Source of the DNA: Xylophilus ampelinus
GTDB taxonomy: Bacteria > Pseudomonadota > Gammaproteobacteria > Burkholderiales > Burkholderiaceae_C
Assembly (NCBI GenBank): GCA_036946225.1
Contig: JAQIJO010000002.1
Location: forward strand, 377,386 to 441,385
DNA length: 64,000 nt
Direction: 5' to 3'
The notes below the pieces were generated by a model, which saw only the letters and a program-made list of their open reading frames with translations, made no database searches and was not told the origin of the DNA. This document shows, one piece after another, positions 36,531 through 45,815 of this stretch. Positions within the stretch are counted from its first letter, which is position 1; each line of letters opens with the position of its first letter. Position numbers and translations under genes: made by a program.

Positions 36531-37418
36531 ATGCCACAAGTTCAATCCAATCAGCTGATCGCCAACATCCAGCAGTTCATCCACAGCAGAGGGCTGACGG
36601 TGGGCTCGAGGCTTCCCGAGCGCCAGCTCGCGGAAGAACTGCGCGTTTCGCGTTCGCCCGTTCGCTCCGCACTGCAGTTGATGGAGCAAAGATCCTTGCT
36701 GGCCCGACGGCCGGAGGGCGGCTTCGTCGTGGCATCCGCAGCGCTCGACCATCCGGCAGCGCTATCGGCTCCAGCAGCGGATCAGAACGAGGAAGAGGCG
36801 GCCTATCTGGCGATCGCCCGTGATCGGATCGAAGGCGCCTTGCCCGAGAAAGTGACCGAAAACGAACTGATGCGCCGCTACGGGCTCACGCGCAATCGCC
36901 TGACCGCAGTGCTGCGGCGCTTGGTGCATGAAGGCCTGGTCGAGCGCATGGTCGGCTATGGGTGGGGCTTCACGCCGGGCCTCACGTCGCCCAAGTCCTA
37001 TCAGCAGAGCTACCGCTTCCGGCTGCTGATGGAGCCCGCCGGCATCCTGGAGCCCACCTTCGCCGTCGACGCAACGAGACTCAATCGGTGCCGTGAAGAA
37101 CAGCAGGCGCTTTACGACGGACTCGTCTTCACGGCGTCTCCTGCGCAGATCTTCGATGCCAACACGCATCTCCACGAGACCATCGCCGACTTCTCCGGGA
37201 ACATGTTCATCGTCGACTCGTTGCGACGGCTCAACCGGGTCCGCCGCTTGATGGAGTACACAAAAGCGGTGGACCGGGAGCAAGCCCACCGGCGCTGCCG
37301 GGAGCACCTGCAGTTGATCGAGTTGCTGCAGGACGGTGAACTCGAAGCCGCATCGGACTTCATGCGCCTTCACCTGCGCAATGCCATCAAAGACAAGCAG
37401 GCAGTCGCTGCCTCTTGA
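36531..37418 (+). CDS. GntR-like transcriptional regulator with two tandem winged-HTH modules plus an FCD-like C-terminal domain
   Basis: wHTH-1: LPERQLAEELRVSRSPVRSALQLMEQRSLLARRPEGGFVV. wHTH-2: ENELMRRYGLTRNRLTAVLRRLVHEGLVERMVGYGWGF. FCD-like: THLHETIADFSGNMFIVDSL. The start is uncertain (ATG 36531 or 36513). Confidence 0.75.
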   Translation: MPQVQSNQLIANIQQFIHSRGLTVGSRLPERQLAEELRVSRSPVRSALQLMEQRSLLARRPEGGFVVASAALDHPAALSAPAADQNEEEAAYLAIARDRIEGALPEKVTENELMRRYGLTRNRLTAVLRRLVHEGLVERMVGYGWGFTPGLTSPKSYQQSYRFRLLMEPAGILEPTFAVDATRLNRCREEQQALYDGLVFTASPAQIFDANTHLHETIADFSGNMFIVDSLRRLNRVRRLMEYTKAVDREQAHRRCREHLQLIELLQDGELEAASDFMRLHLRNAIKDKQAVAAS

Positions 37419-37613
37419 GTTCTATCTGTTCGTAGCGCGTCGTTGCCTTTGAAAGGTTCGCGCCATCGAAAGATCGATCCCGGAGGGAGTCATGGATTGG
37501 AACGAGCCCTACGGTCTACGCCGCTCCTGACGCTTGGCACGGGTGCAGACAGCCGGAAACCACTTCCATGGGAAGCGGGCATGGCTCGCAAGCGATGCCG
37601 ATGCTCCATCGGC

Positions 37614-38693
37614 TCACATCACCATGCAGACCGGACTACCGCACGCGACTCGGCTGCATGCCGGGATGGGACGACCACTTTCACCGTCGAGCGGAAACGT
37701 CACGATCGTGTCGCTATCTTCGTTGAGTGCGTGGAGGAAGCCTCGGGCCGCATCCACGGTGAAGAACCGAGGCGTTTGCCCCTCGGATGTGAATGCGCCT
37801 TTGAACTGCATCCATCCCGACTCGGCATCCACCGCGAAGACGGCGATGCTGTCGTGTCCGCGGTTGGACGCATACAGCGTCCTGCCGTCTGCAGACATCT
37901 CGATCTCCGAGCCGGTGTTGTTCCCCACGAACGTATCGGGCAGCGTAGTGAGGATCTGGAATGGAGCCAGCGCGCCATCGTCGGGCGAGAAGCGATACGC
38001 CGTCACCGTCGAGTCCAGCTCGTTGACCGCATATGCGAACGGGGACGTGGGGTGGAATGCCAAGTGGCGTGGGCCGGCGCCAGCACGGGTATCGATCCAG
38101 GGTACCGCTGCGGGGATGAGCGCGCCTTCATCGAAGCGGAAGACGAAGATACGGTCCAGCCCCTTATCCGGCACCACCACGAAACGCCCGCTCGGATCGA
38201 ACGGGTTGAAGTGAGGCTTCGCGTGAGGCTGCTCCTTGCGGTGCGGGCCCGGCATTCCAGGGAGATCCACACGCTGGACGACGGGGCCGAGCATGCCGTT
38301 TTCAGCCACTGGCATGACCAGAACAGACCCGCCCTTTCGAGTGGAACCAAGGTGATCTGAGACGATCAGCCACCGCTCGCTTGGATCCAGCGCGAGATGC
38401 ACCGGATTACGCCCTCCGCATTTCTGCCGATGCAGGAATGCAATCATTCCGTCTTCGGGCGACACGCTGAAGACGCTGACCTCGTCGCCGTCTCCATGAA
38501 CGGTGTAGAGCCTGTCCTTGCGCCGGTTGAGCGCGAGGAATGATGGATTCGTCAATCCGCCCACCAGCTGGATTTGATCGAGTGAGCCGTTGTCGCAAAT
38601 CCGGAATACGCTGACGCCCTCTCCCCGCGCATTGCGTTCCCGGGTCGTCCTCGAACCTACGTAGGCGAAACGCGGTGCGGAAGACGTGATCAT
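37614..38693 (-). CDS. lactonase family 7-bladed beta-propeller protein (6-phosphogluconolactonase/muconate-lactonizing-enzyme-like fold)
   Basis: MITSSAPRFAYVGSRTT....GEGVSVFRI...GSLDQIQLV.GLTNPSFLAL....DRLYTV...GPRHLAFHPTSPFAYAVNELDSTVTAY... shows the typical Lactonase (PF10282-type) repeat pattern. Confidence 0.75.
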   Translation of the reverse strand: MITSSAPRFAYVGSRTTRERNARGEGVSVFRICDNGSLDQIQLVGGLTNPSFLALNRRKDRLYTVHGDGDEVSVFSVSPEDGMIAFLHRQKCGGRNPVHLALDPSERWLIVSDHLGSTRKGGSVLVMPVAENGMLGPVVQRVDLPGMPGPHRKEQPHAKPHFNPFDPSGRFVVVPDKGLDRIFVFRFDEGALIPAAVPWIDTRAGAGPRHLAFHPTSPFAYAVNELDSTVTAYRFSPDDGALAPFQILTTLPDTFVGNNTGSEIEMSADGRTLYASNRGHDSIAVFAVDAESGWMQFKGAFTSEGQTPRFFTVDAARGFLHALNEDSDTIVTFPLDGESGRPIPACSRVACGSPVCMVM

Positions 38694-39424
38694 GCTGCGG
38701 CTGGCGCAACGGACGCGCCCTGGATGCTATGACGCTCGAGCGCCTCGGCTACAAATCCGGAAGATTTCATGTCCTCGACATAGCGTCGCAGGAAGTCAGC
38801 CGCGTCCTCGCCGCGCGACTTCGGCAGACCCATCGCCTGCTGGATAACCATGAAGCGGCCGGGCAAGAGGCGATAGCCAGGATGGCGTGTGAAGTCCGCT
38901 TCCAACTGCTGGCGCACACCTGCCGCGACTTCGTAGCCGCCGGCGACGAAAGTATCCATGACCGCGGGTGAAGTAGGCGCCCGCACCAGTTCCGCAGCGT
39001 TGATCTCTCGTGTGAGGTAGAGGTCGTATGCGCTTCCCTTGCCGACAACGATGCGGTGGCCCGCGCGGTCGACATCTTCGTTGGCGTGCAGTGGGGATCC
39101 GTCCGCCACCGCGTAGGCACCCTCGATCAACACATACGGCGCGGTGAAGAGGATGCCCTCGCCCCGCAGAGGATCCACAGCGAAGAATCCGACATCGGCT
39201 TCTTCCGCGGTCACCGCGGCAACCGACTTGCCGGCCGCGTCGAACATCACCAGGTCGACGTCGACCCCTAGCCGCGCCGCGAGACCTCGCGCGAGATCGA
39301 TCGAGACCCCGGCGGGCTCACCGTCGGGACCACGATTCGCGAGGATCGGATTGCCGAGATTGATGGACGCCCGAAGCCGGCCATTGGGTGCGAATGCAGA
39401 GAGGATTGCAGCAGAGACATTCAT
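38690..39424 (-). CDS. SBP_bac_3-type (amino-acid-binding-protein fold) protein without an obvious signal peptide
   Basis: ...GRLRASINLGNPILANRGPDGEPAGVSIDLARGLAARLGVDVDLVMFDAAGKSV.AV...ADVGFFAVDPLR...FTAPYVLIEG is a class-3 SBP fold. The N-terminus MNVSAAILSAFAPNG lacks a charged n-region and a long hydrophobic core. Confidence 0.65.
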   Translation of the reverse strand: MNVSAAILSAFAPNGRLRASINLGNPILANRGPDGEPAGVSIDLARGLAARLGVDVDLVMFDAAGKSVAAVTAEEADVGFFAVDPLRGEGILFTAPYVLIEGAYAVADGSPLHANEDVDRAGHRIVVGKGSAYDLYLTREINAAELVRAPTSPAVMDTFVAGGYEVAAGVRQQLEADFTRHPGYRLLPGRFMVIQQAMGLPKSRGEDAADFLRRYVEDMKSSGFVAEALERHSIQGASVAPAAA

Positions 39425-39439
39425 GGGGTGATCGATTGC

Positions 39440-40366
39440 TCAGTGGTGAGAAGGACGCTCGGCGCTCAGGATCCGGCTGATCTTCTCGAGGTTGTGCAAG
39501 GTGCTATCGAGATGGCGGGCCATGGCCTGAGCAGCGTCGGGATTGCGTCCCTGCTCCAGCAGGTCGAGGATGTGCAGATGTTGGCGGCAGTGCTCTTCGT
39601 AGCGGCCGCGGTCTTGCATCGAACGGTAGGACAGCAGGCGACGCACCCGGTTGACCCGTCGAATCGCATCGATGAAGAATGAGTTGCCCGACGCCTCGAC
39701 CAGGGACTCATGAAATCGCACTCCGCGGTCGTGCAACTGGTCGGCGGTGTCTCCCTCGATACCTCCCTGCAGCAGGTGCATCTCTGCCGCCCGGCAACGC
39801 TGCAGCACCTGAGGATCGAGCCGGTATCCTGGCTCCAGCAGCGCAGCCGGCTCCAGTGCGAGCCGCAGCCGATAGGACTTGAGCAAGCTGTCCGGCGTGG
39901 TCAGCATGGAGGAGAAAGTCCAGCCGTAGCCGGGCCGACGTTCGACCCAGCCCTCGCCTGCGATGCGCGCCAACACGGTTACGAGCTGCGCCCCAGTCAG
40001 CGCATAGCGCGCCTTGAGCTGTGACTCGGAGACATCCTGCGGCAGAACGCCCTGCAGCAAGTCCTCGGCGATCTGGAAGTACGCATTGCTGATCGTGTCG
40101 TCCTGGGGAGCACCCAAGGCTTGCTCGGCGCTGGCGACGGCATCCGGGCGCTCGGTCAGGAAATAGCCACGGTTGGGTTGGCGCTGCACCACGCCCTTCT
40201 CATGGAGGAGTTGCAACGCCTCGTTGACCGGCGAACGCGACACCCGCAAACGGTCGGCAAGCATCTGGGCCGGCAGATGGCTGCCCGCGGGAAGACCCTC
40301 GCTGCGGATCAAGTCGACGATCTGGACCGCGATGCTTTTTTCGGGATTCATGATCCCGATTCTCAT
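39440..40366 (-). CDS. GntR-like regulator with two tandem winged-HTH modules plus an FCD-like domain
   Basis: wHTH-1: LPAQMLADRLRVSRSPVNEALQLLHEKGVVQRQPNRGYFL. wHTH-2: SESQLKARYALTGAQLVTVLARIAGEGWVERRPGYGWTF. FCD-like: VRFHESLVEASGNSFFIDAI. The start overlaps the aconitase stop (ATGA). Confidence 0.75.
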   Translation of the reverse strand: MRIGIMNPEKSIAVQIVDLIRSEGLPAGSHLPAQMLADRLRVSRSPVNEALQLLHEKGVVQRQPNRGYFLTERPDAVASAEQALGAPQDDTISNAYFQIAEDLLQGVLPQDVSESQLKARYALTGAQLVTVLARIAGEGWVERRPGYGWTFSSMLTTPDSLLKSYRLRLALEPAALLEPGYRLDPQVLQRCRAAEMHLLQGGIEGDTADQLHDRGVRFHESLVEASGNSFFIDAIRRVNRVRRLLSYRSMQDRGRYEEHCRQHLHILDLLEQGRNPDAAQAMARHLDSTLHNLEKISRILSAERPSHH

Positions 40367-43011
40367 GCCTGCCGCTCCTCGCCACGTGCGGCGTGAATGC
40401 CGTGTTCAGCGATGGTGCGTCCCAGGATGAGAGGGATGACTCCGCCGGCACGCAGCAGTTCGACTTCGAGCAGGGTCTCGACCCCGGCCGTCGCCTGCAG
40501 TTCCTCGATGGCACCGTCGGCTCGGTGGATCCGTGCCGCGATCCGCCCTCTCGGCTCGATGGTCTCGCTCGTCGCATCGACTTCGATCCGGTCGCCTGGC
40601 ATCAGCGCGAGCGAGGCGGGCCCGGTGCCGGGCGCGAGGCGCACCGGCAGGATGCCCATGCCGATCAGGTTCGAGCGGTGGATCCGCTCGAAGCTCGGCG
40701 CCAGCACCGCGCGGATGCCCAGCAGTCGCTGGCCCTTGGCAGCCCAGTCCCGGGAGGAGCCGGTACCGTAGCGCTCACCGGCGACCAACACCACCGAGTC
40801 GCCCGCCTCCCGGTAGCACGCGGCGACCTCCCAGATCGGCAGGACCTCGCCGCTCGGTACGTGCAGCGTATGAGCCACCGGCGCCTCCGGCACCAGCCAG
40901 TTCCGTAACGTCTTGCTGTGGAAAGCAGCCCGCATCATCACTTCCCAGTTGCCGCGACGCGATGCGAACACGTTCAGGTCATTGCGATCGTCTCCCCGCT
41001 CCACCAAGAAATCGGCCACCAGGCTATCCGGCGGGATGGCGCTCGCCGGCGATATATGGTCGGTCGTGACATCGTCGCCCACGATCATCAGGGGGTAGGC
41101 TGTGTAGCGTCCCAGGAGGCTGCCTGCCTCGACCGCAGCAAACGGTGGCCGCCGCAGCGCGGTGGAAGCCGGATTCCATGGGAACAGGGGCGACTGCGGC
41201 GCTTTCAGCCCGAACCACAAGGGGTTGCGACTCGCGATTTCGAAATCCCTCGAATAGTCCAGCGGGTCGCCTGCCAGCGCTGCATGCGCCGCCAACTCCT
41301 CGTCCGTGGGCCACAGATCCGCCAGCCTGACCTCGCGGCCGTCCTGCGTGGTCTGCACCGGTTCCTCGCGCAGGTTCCGCTCGGCATCGCCGGCCAGGCC
41401 GAAGACGATCACCAACGGGGGCGACATGATGAAGCTCAGCTCGATATCCGGATGCACCCGACCGGGGAAGTTGCGGTTGCCGGACAGGATGGCGACCGCC
41501 TTGCTCTGCCCGGCCACCTGCGCTTCCCGGATCGGATCGGTCAGCGGCCCCGGGTTGCCGATGCAGGTCGTGCAGCCGAAGCCGACGATGTCGAAGCCGA
41601 CCGCGCCGAGATCTTCGAGCAGGCCCGCTCGCTTCAAGTACGAAGCCGCCGCCGGGGATCCGGGGGCGAGGGAGGTCTTCACCCAATGAGGCACCTTCAG
41701 CCCCAGCGCGCGCGCCTTACGGGCCACGAGCCCCGCTGCGATCAACAGGCGGGGGTCGGAGGTGTTGGTGCAGCTGGTGATCGCTGCGATGCCGACCGGA
41801 TGCCGTGGCAGCGGACCGGTCGATGTCTGCTGGAAACCGACTTCGGAGAGGGCGCGTGCGCTATCGCCATAGTCGAGCAGGTCCTGAGGTCGGCGAGGAC
41901 CGGCGATGTGCATTCCGATGGCATCGAGGTCGATCTCGATGGTGCGCGTGTAGCGCGGAGACGCTTCGGGATCGAACCATAGACCTGCGCGGCGCAGATA
42001 GGCTTCGACGAGTTCGATGTGCTCTTCACTGCGACCGGTCTCGCGAAGATAGTCGAGCGTGCGTCCATCCACCGCGAAGAAGCCGGTGGTGGCACCGTAC
42101 TCGGGCGCCATGTTGGCGACCACCGCCCGCTCGCCGGCGGATAGGGTCGAAACGCCCGGCCCGAAGTATTCGACGAACTCTCCCGACACACCGATCGCCC
42201 GCAGGCGCTGGGTCGCGGTCAGCGCCAGATCCGTCGCCAGCACCCCTGGCCGCAGCCCGCCGGTGAGGCGGACCCCGATGACATCGGGAATGCGCAGCAT
42301 GGTCGGCATGCCGAACATGACCGTCTGCGCCTCCAGGCCGCCGACGCCCCAGCCGAGCACCCCGATGCCATTGATCATCGGCGTGTGGCTGTCGGTGCCC
42401 AGCATCATGTCCGGAACCACCCAGGACGCCCCATCCTTTTCGACGGTGGTCACCACCGTGGCCAGTTGCTCCAGGTTGATGGTGTGCATGATCCCGGTGC
42501 CCGGGGGATGGATGCGCACCCCGTCCAGCACCTTCGACGCCCAACGCAGGAAGCGGTAGCGCTCTGCATTGCGGCGGATTTCGATGGCCAGGTTCTCCGG
42601 CGCCGCATCCTTGCGGCCGTAGGCTTCCACCGCCAGCGAGTGGTCCACCGAGACATCCACCTTCAGCTGTGGATTCAGGACCGTCGGATCCACACCCGCC
42701 TCCTCCAGGGCATTGCGCATCGCGGCGATATCTACCAGCGCAGGCGTGCTGGTGGTGTCATGCATCAGCACACGGCCTGGCTGAAATGCAATCTCCGATT
42801 CGCTGGTTCCGTGATCGAGCCAATCAAGGATGGCGTTCGCCATCTCATCTCGCTCCTCACCCTGAGTGTTGCGCAGAACGTTCTCGAGCAAAAGCCGCAA
42901 GACCGTTGGTAGACGCCAGAACGCATCGCCGCCCGTCGCGACCAGATCCACCATACGAAGTTCAGCGCCTCGGCATGGCAGCGCAATGTGCTTGGTCTCA
43001 GTGTTTTCCAT
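40363..43011 (-). CDS. aconitate hydratase family protein (AcnA-type, ~882 aa) paralogue
   Basis: Start MENTETKH (cat 43009-43011). ...IAFQPGRVLMHDTTSTPALVDIAAMR...VDHS...PGTGIMHTINLE...LGTDSHTPM...GWGVGGLEA...ITSCTNTS...GFGCTTCIGN...NRNFPGR has the Fe-S cluster-binding and substrate motifs of aconitase A. Confidence 0.9.
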   Translation of the reverse strand: MENTETKHIALPCRGAELRMVDLVATGGDAFWRLPTVLRLLLENVLRNTQGEERDEMANAILDWLDHGTSESEIAFQPGRVLMHDTTSTPALVDIAAMRNALEEAGVDPTVLNPQLKVDVSVDHSLAVEAYGRKDAAPENLAIEIRRNAERYRFLRWASKVLDGVRIHPPGTGIMHTINLEQLATVVTTVEKDGASWVVPDMMLGTDSHTPMINGIGVLGWGVGGLEAQTVMFGMPTMLRIPDVIGVRLTGGLRPGVLATDLALTATQRLRAIGVSGEFVEYFGPGVSTLSAGERAVVANMAPEYGATTGFFAVDGRTLDYLRETGRSEEHIELVEAYLRRAGLWFDPEASPRYTRTIEIDLDAIGMHIAGPRRPQDLLDYGDSARALSEVGFQQTSTGPLPRHPVGIAAITSCTNTSDPRLLIAAGLVARKARALGLKVPHWVKTSLAPGSPAAASYLKRAGLLEDLGAVGFDIVGFGCTTCIGNPGPLTDPIREAQVAGQSKAVAILSGNRNFPGRVHPDIELSFIMSPPLVIVFGLAGDAERNLREEPVQTTQDGREVRLADLWPTDEELAAHAALAGDPLDYSRDFEIASRNPLWFGLKAPQSPLFPWNPASTALRRPPFAAVEAGSLLGRYTAYPLMIVGDDVTTDHISPASAIPPDSLVADFLVERGDDRNDLNVFASRRGNWEVMMRAAFHSKTLRNWLVPEAPVAHTLHVPSGEVLPIWEVAACYREAGDSVVLVAGERYGTGSSRDWAAKGQRLLGIRAVLAPSFERIHRSNLIGMGILPVRLAPGTGPASLALMPGDRIEVDATSETIEPRGRIAARIHRADGAIEELQATAGVETLLEVELLRAGGVIPLILGRTIAEHGIHAARGEERQA

Positions 43012-43082
43012 AGGACTTATTTTGCATTTTGCAAATCTAATATGCAATATATCGCAAACCCCAATCGTTTCTTGGAGATCAC

Positions 43083-44060
43083 ATGCACGCAAAGCGCCGC
43101 GTTTTTCTGCTGTCTGCCTTGGCTTCCCTGCTTGCAGCGCAGGCCGCCATGGCGGCACCCGGCTATCCGGAGCGAACGATCACCATCGTCGTGCCCTTCT
43201 CGGCGGGCGGCGGAGTCGATGCGATCGCCCGCCTGCTGGCCAATAAGCTTCGCGAATCCTTGAAGCAGTCGGTGGTGGTGGACAACCGCCCTGGCGCGAG
43301 CGGCATGCTGGGCGCCTCCTTCGTGGTGAAGGCGCCAGCCGACGGCTACACGTTGCTCATGGGATCGGCCGGCGAGACAGCGATCAACCCTTTCGTCTAC
43401 AAAGCGCGGATGCAGTACCAGCCGGCGCGTGACCTGTCGCCGATCTCGCTGGTGGTGAAGGTGCCCAACATCCTGGTCGCCAACCCGGCCCTACCCGTCA
43501 AGGACGTCGCGGAACTCGTCGCTTACGCCAAGAAGAATCCAGGCAAGCTCACCTACGCGACCAGCGGCGTGGGCAATCCGCAGCACCTGAACGGCGAGCT
43601 CTTGCAATCTCTCGCCGGCATCACGATGCAGCACGTCCCGTACAAAGGTGCATCCGGACAGCTCGTCGACGTCGCATCGGGCACCGTGGATCTCTCCTTC
43701 GTCAGCTACGCCGGCGCAGCGCCGTTCCTCAAGGGCAACCGCCTGAAGGCATTGGCCGTGACCTCGGAAAAGCGGGCCAGCTTCGCTCCGACGATCCCGG
43801 CCATCGCCGAGACCGTGCCCAAGTACAACCTGGAGAACTGGTTCGGACTGTTCGCACCCGGAGCAACGCCAGCCGCAGTCACCGCGAAGCTAGGAGCTGC
43901 GGTGCATGAGGCCCTTCGTGACCCCGCGCTCGTGAAGCAGCTCCAGGAACAAGGCGGCGAACCCGCTCCGATGACACAGGACCAGTTCCGCGAATTCATC
44001 AAGTCGCAGTCACGGCTCTACGAGCAGATCGTGGACGCCGGAAAGATCGTCGCCGAATGA
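43083..44060 (+). CDS. Bug-family (TctC-like) substrate-binding protein
   Basis: MHAKRRVFLLSALASLLAAQAAMAAPGYPERTITIVVPFSAGGGVDAIARLL. Motifs: TYATSGVGNPQHLNGELL and QHVPYKGASG. Confidence 0.9.
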   Translation: MHAKRRVFLLSALASLLAAQAAMAAPGYPERTITIVVPFSAGGGVDAIARLLANKLRESLKQSVVVDNRPGASGMLGASFVVKAPADGYTLLMGSAGETAINPFVYKARMQYQPARDLSPISLVVKVPNILVANPALPVKDVAELVAYAKKNPGKLTYATSGVGNPQHLNGELLQSLAGITMQHVPYKGASGQLVDVASGTVDLSFVSYAGAAPFLKGNRLKALAVTSEKRASFAPTIPAIAETVPKYNLENWFGLFAPGATPAAVTAKLGAAVHEALRDPALVKQLQEQGGEPAPMTQDQFREFIKSQSRLYEQIVDAGKIVAE

Positions 44061-45067
44061 AGCCGTTGCACCCAGGAGCATCCATGACCCCCGTTCTCAA
44101 GATCACCGCTCTCGTGTTCGCCGCATCTGCGGCAATGCTCCCGGCTGCTCGGGCACAGGATGCAGCGGCCAGCTACCCGAACAAGACGATCACGATCATT
44201 GTTCCGTTCGCCGCGGGCGGCAACACCGACGTGAAGACCCGTCTGGTGGCGCAGCAGCTCGGCACCGTGCTGGGCAAGACGGTGATCGTCGACAACAAGC
44301 CTGGCGCGAGCGGCAACATCGGCACCGAGATCATTTCCAAGGCCGCACCCGACGGATACACCATCGGCATGGGAAGCTTCGGGCCGCTGGCGGTGAATGG
44401 CTCCATCTACCCGAAGCTGAATTTCGATCCCCGCGGTTTGGTGCCTGTCATCCTGCTGGAAAAGAGTCCCCTCGTGCTGACTGTTTCTGCAGACAAGCCC
44501 TACCGTACCGTGGCCGATGTCGTGAAGGCGGCCAAGGCAGCGCCCGGTCATCTGAATTTCTCCAATGCCGGTCCGGGCGGCGCAGCGCACCTGGCGACGG
44601 AACTGCTCGAAAGCGCAGCGGGCATCGAGGTCGTCGGTGTTCCGTTCAAGGGGGGTGGACCGGCAGCGACCGCGCTGCTGTCGGGCCAGGTCGATGCGAT
44701 GTTCGAACAGACCTCCGCGGCATTGCCGTCCATCCAGGCCAACAAGATCCGTGCGGTCGGCGTAACGTCTTCGCAGCGGCTAGCGGCATTCCCCGGGGTG
44801 CCGACCTTCGCTGAATCCGGCTATCCGCAGGTCAACGTGTCGAACTGGATGGGGTACGTGGTGCCCAAAGGCACGCCGCCCGCCATCGTGGCCAAGCTCC
44901 ATGCGGCGTTCGCCAAGGCACTGGAGCATCCGGATGTCAAAGGACGGATCATTGCGCAGAGCAACGAGTTCGGTGGCGGGTCGCCAAAGGATTTCGGGGA
45001 CTTCATCGAATCCGAGCGGAGCAAGTGGTCCACCCTGGTGAAAGAGCGCAACATTTGTATCGACTGA
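44057..45067 (+). CDS. Bug-family (TctC-like) substrate-binding protein
   Basis: ...MTPVLKITALVFAASAAMLPAARAQDAAASYPNKTITIIVPFAAGGNTDVKTRLV. Motifs: NFSNAGPGGAAHLATELL and VGVPFKGGGP. ATG 44057 overlaps the upstream stop (ATGA); an alternative ATG lies at 44084. Confidence 0.9.
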   Translation: MKPLHPGASMTPVLKITALVFAASAAMLPAARAQDAAASYPNKTITIIVPFAAGGNTDVKTRLVAQQLGTVLGKTVIVDNKPGASGNIGTEIISKAAPDGYTIGMGSFGPLAVNGSIYPKLNFDPRGLVPVILLEKSPLVLTVSADKPYRTVADVVKAAKAAPGHLNFSNAGPGGAAHLATELLESAAGIEVVGVPFKGGGPAATALLSGQVDAMFEQTSAALPSIQANKIRAVGVTSSQRLAAFPGVPTFAESGYPQVNVSNWMGYVVPKGTPPAIVAKLHAAFAKALEHPDVKGRIIAQSNEFGGGSPKDFGDFIESERSKWSTLVKERNICID

Positions 45068-45155
45068 GATTTAGGCAATCGGTGTTGCGTGACAGAAGCA
45101 GGAGGCTGGATACTGATCGATGATCTGATCCCCACAAATCTGTTTTTCCTCACGC

Positions 45156-45815
45156 ATGCGCATTCTCCTGGTCGAAGACGACAAGAGCCTCGGCAGCACG
45201 ATACGGACCTGGCTCCAAATGGATGGGTATGCCGTTGACTGGCTCGAGCGCGGCGATCAGGTCGATCCCGCGCTAAAGACTTTCGACTACCAGGGCCTGA
45301 TCCTCGACCGCGGACTGCCCGGCCTGGACGGGGATGACGTCCTCCGTTCCCTGCGCGCGCGCAACGACTTCGTGCCGGTGCTGGTAATCACCGCACGGGA
45401 TGCGCTGCATGAGCGGATCAAGGGGCTCAATCTCGGCGCTGACGACTACCTAGTGAAACCCTTTGACCTCGAGGAGCTGTCGGCGCGCCTGCGCGCGGCG
45501 CTCCGACGAGGGGCCATCGCAGCGCCCGTCCTGCTAAAGCATGGGCGGGTCGAGCTCGATCCTGCGACCAAACGCGTCGCCATCGACGGGCAATCCATCA
45601 GCGTTACATCGCGGGAGTTCGCGCTGCTGCAGACTCTGATGCGGCGCAACCAGCAGGTGTTCTCCCGCGCCCAACTGGAAGAGTCACTCTACGGTTGGGG
45701 ATCGGAAGTCGACAGCAATGCGGTCGAGGTTCACATCTCGAACCTGCGTCGCAAATTCGGCGCGGGCTTCATTAAGACGGTTAGGAACCAAGGCTACGGG
45801 CTCGCTCCGCCATGA
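45156..45815 (+). CDS. OmpR-family two-component response regulator (TctD/QseB-like)
   Basis: The receiver reads MRILLVEDDKSLG...LILDRGLPGLDGDDVL..LR......PVLVITARDAL.ERIKGLNLGADDYLVKPFDLEEL.ARL. The winged-helix output reads ...LTSREFALLQTLM...VFSR.QL...YGW......NAVEVHISNLRRK. Confidence 0.9.
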   Translation: MRILLVEDDKSLGSTIRTWLQMDGYAVDWLERGDQVDPALKTFDYQGLILDRGLPGLDGDDVLRSLRARNDFVPVLVITARDALHERIKGLNLGADDYLVKPFDLEELSARLRAALRRGAIAAPVLLKHGRVELDPATKRVAIDGQSISVTSREFALLQTLMRRNQQVFSRAQLEESLYGWGSEVDSNAVEVHISNLRRKFGAGFIKTVRNQGYGLAPP

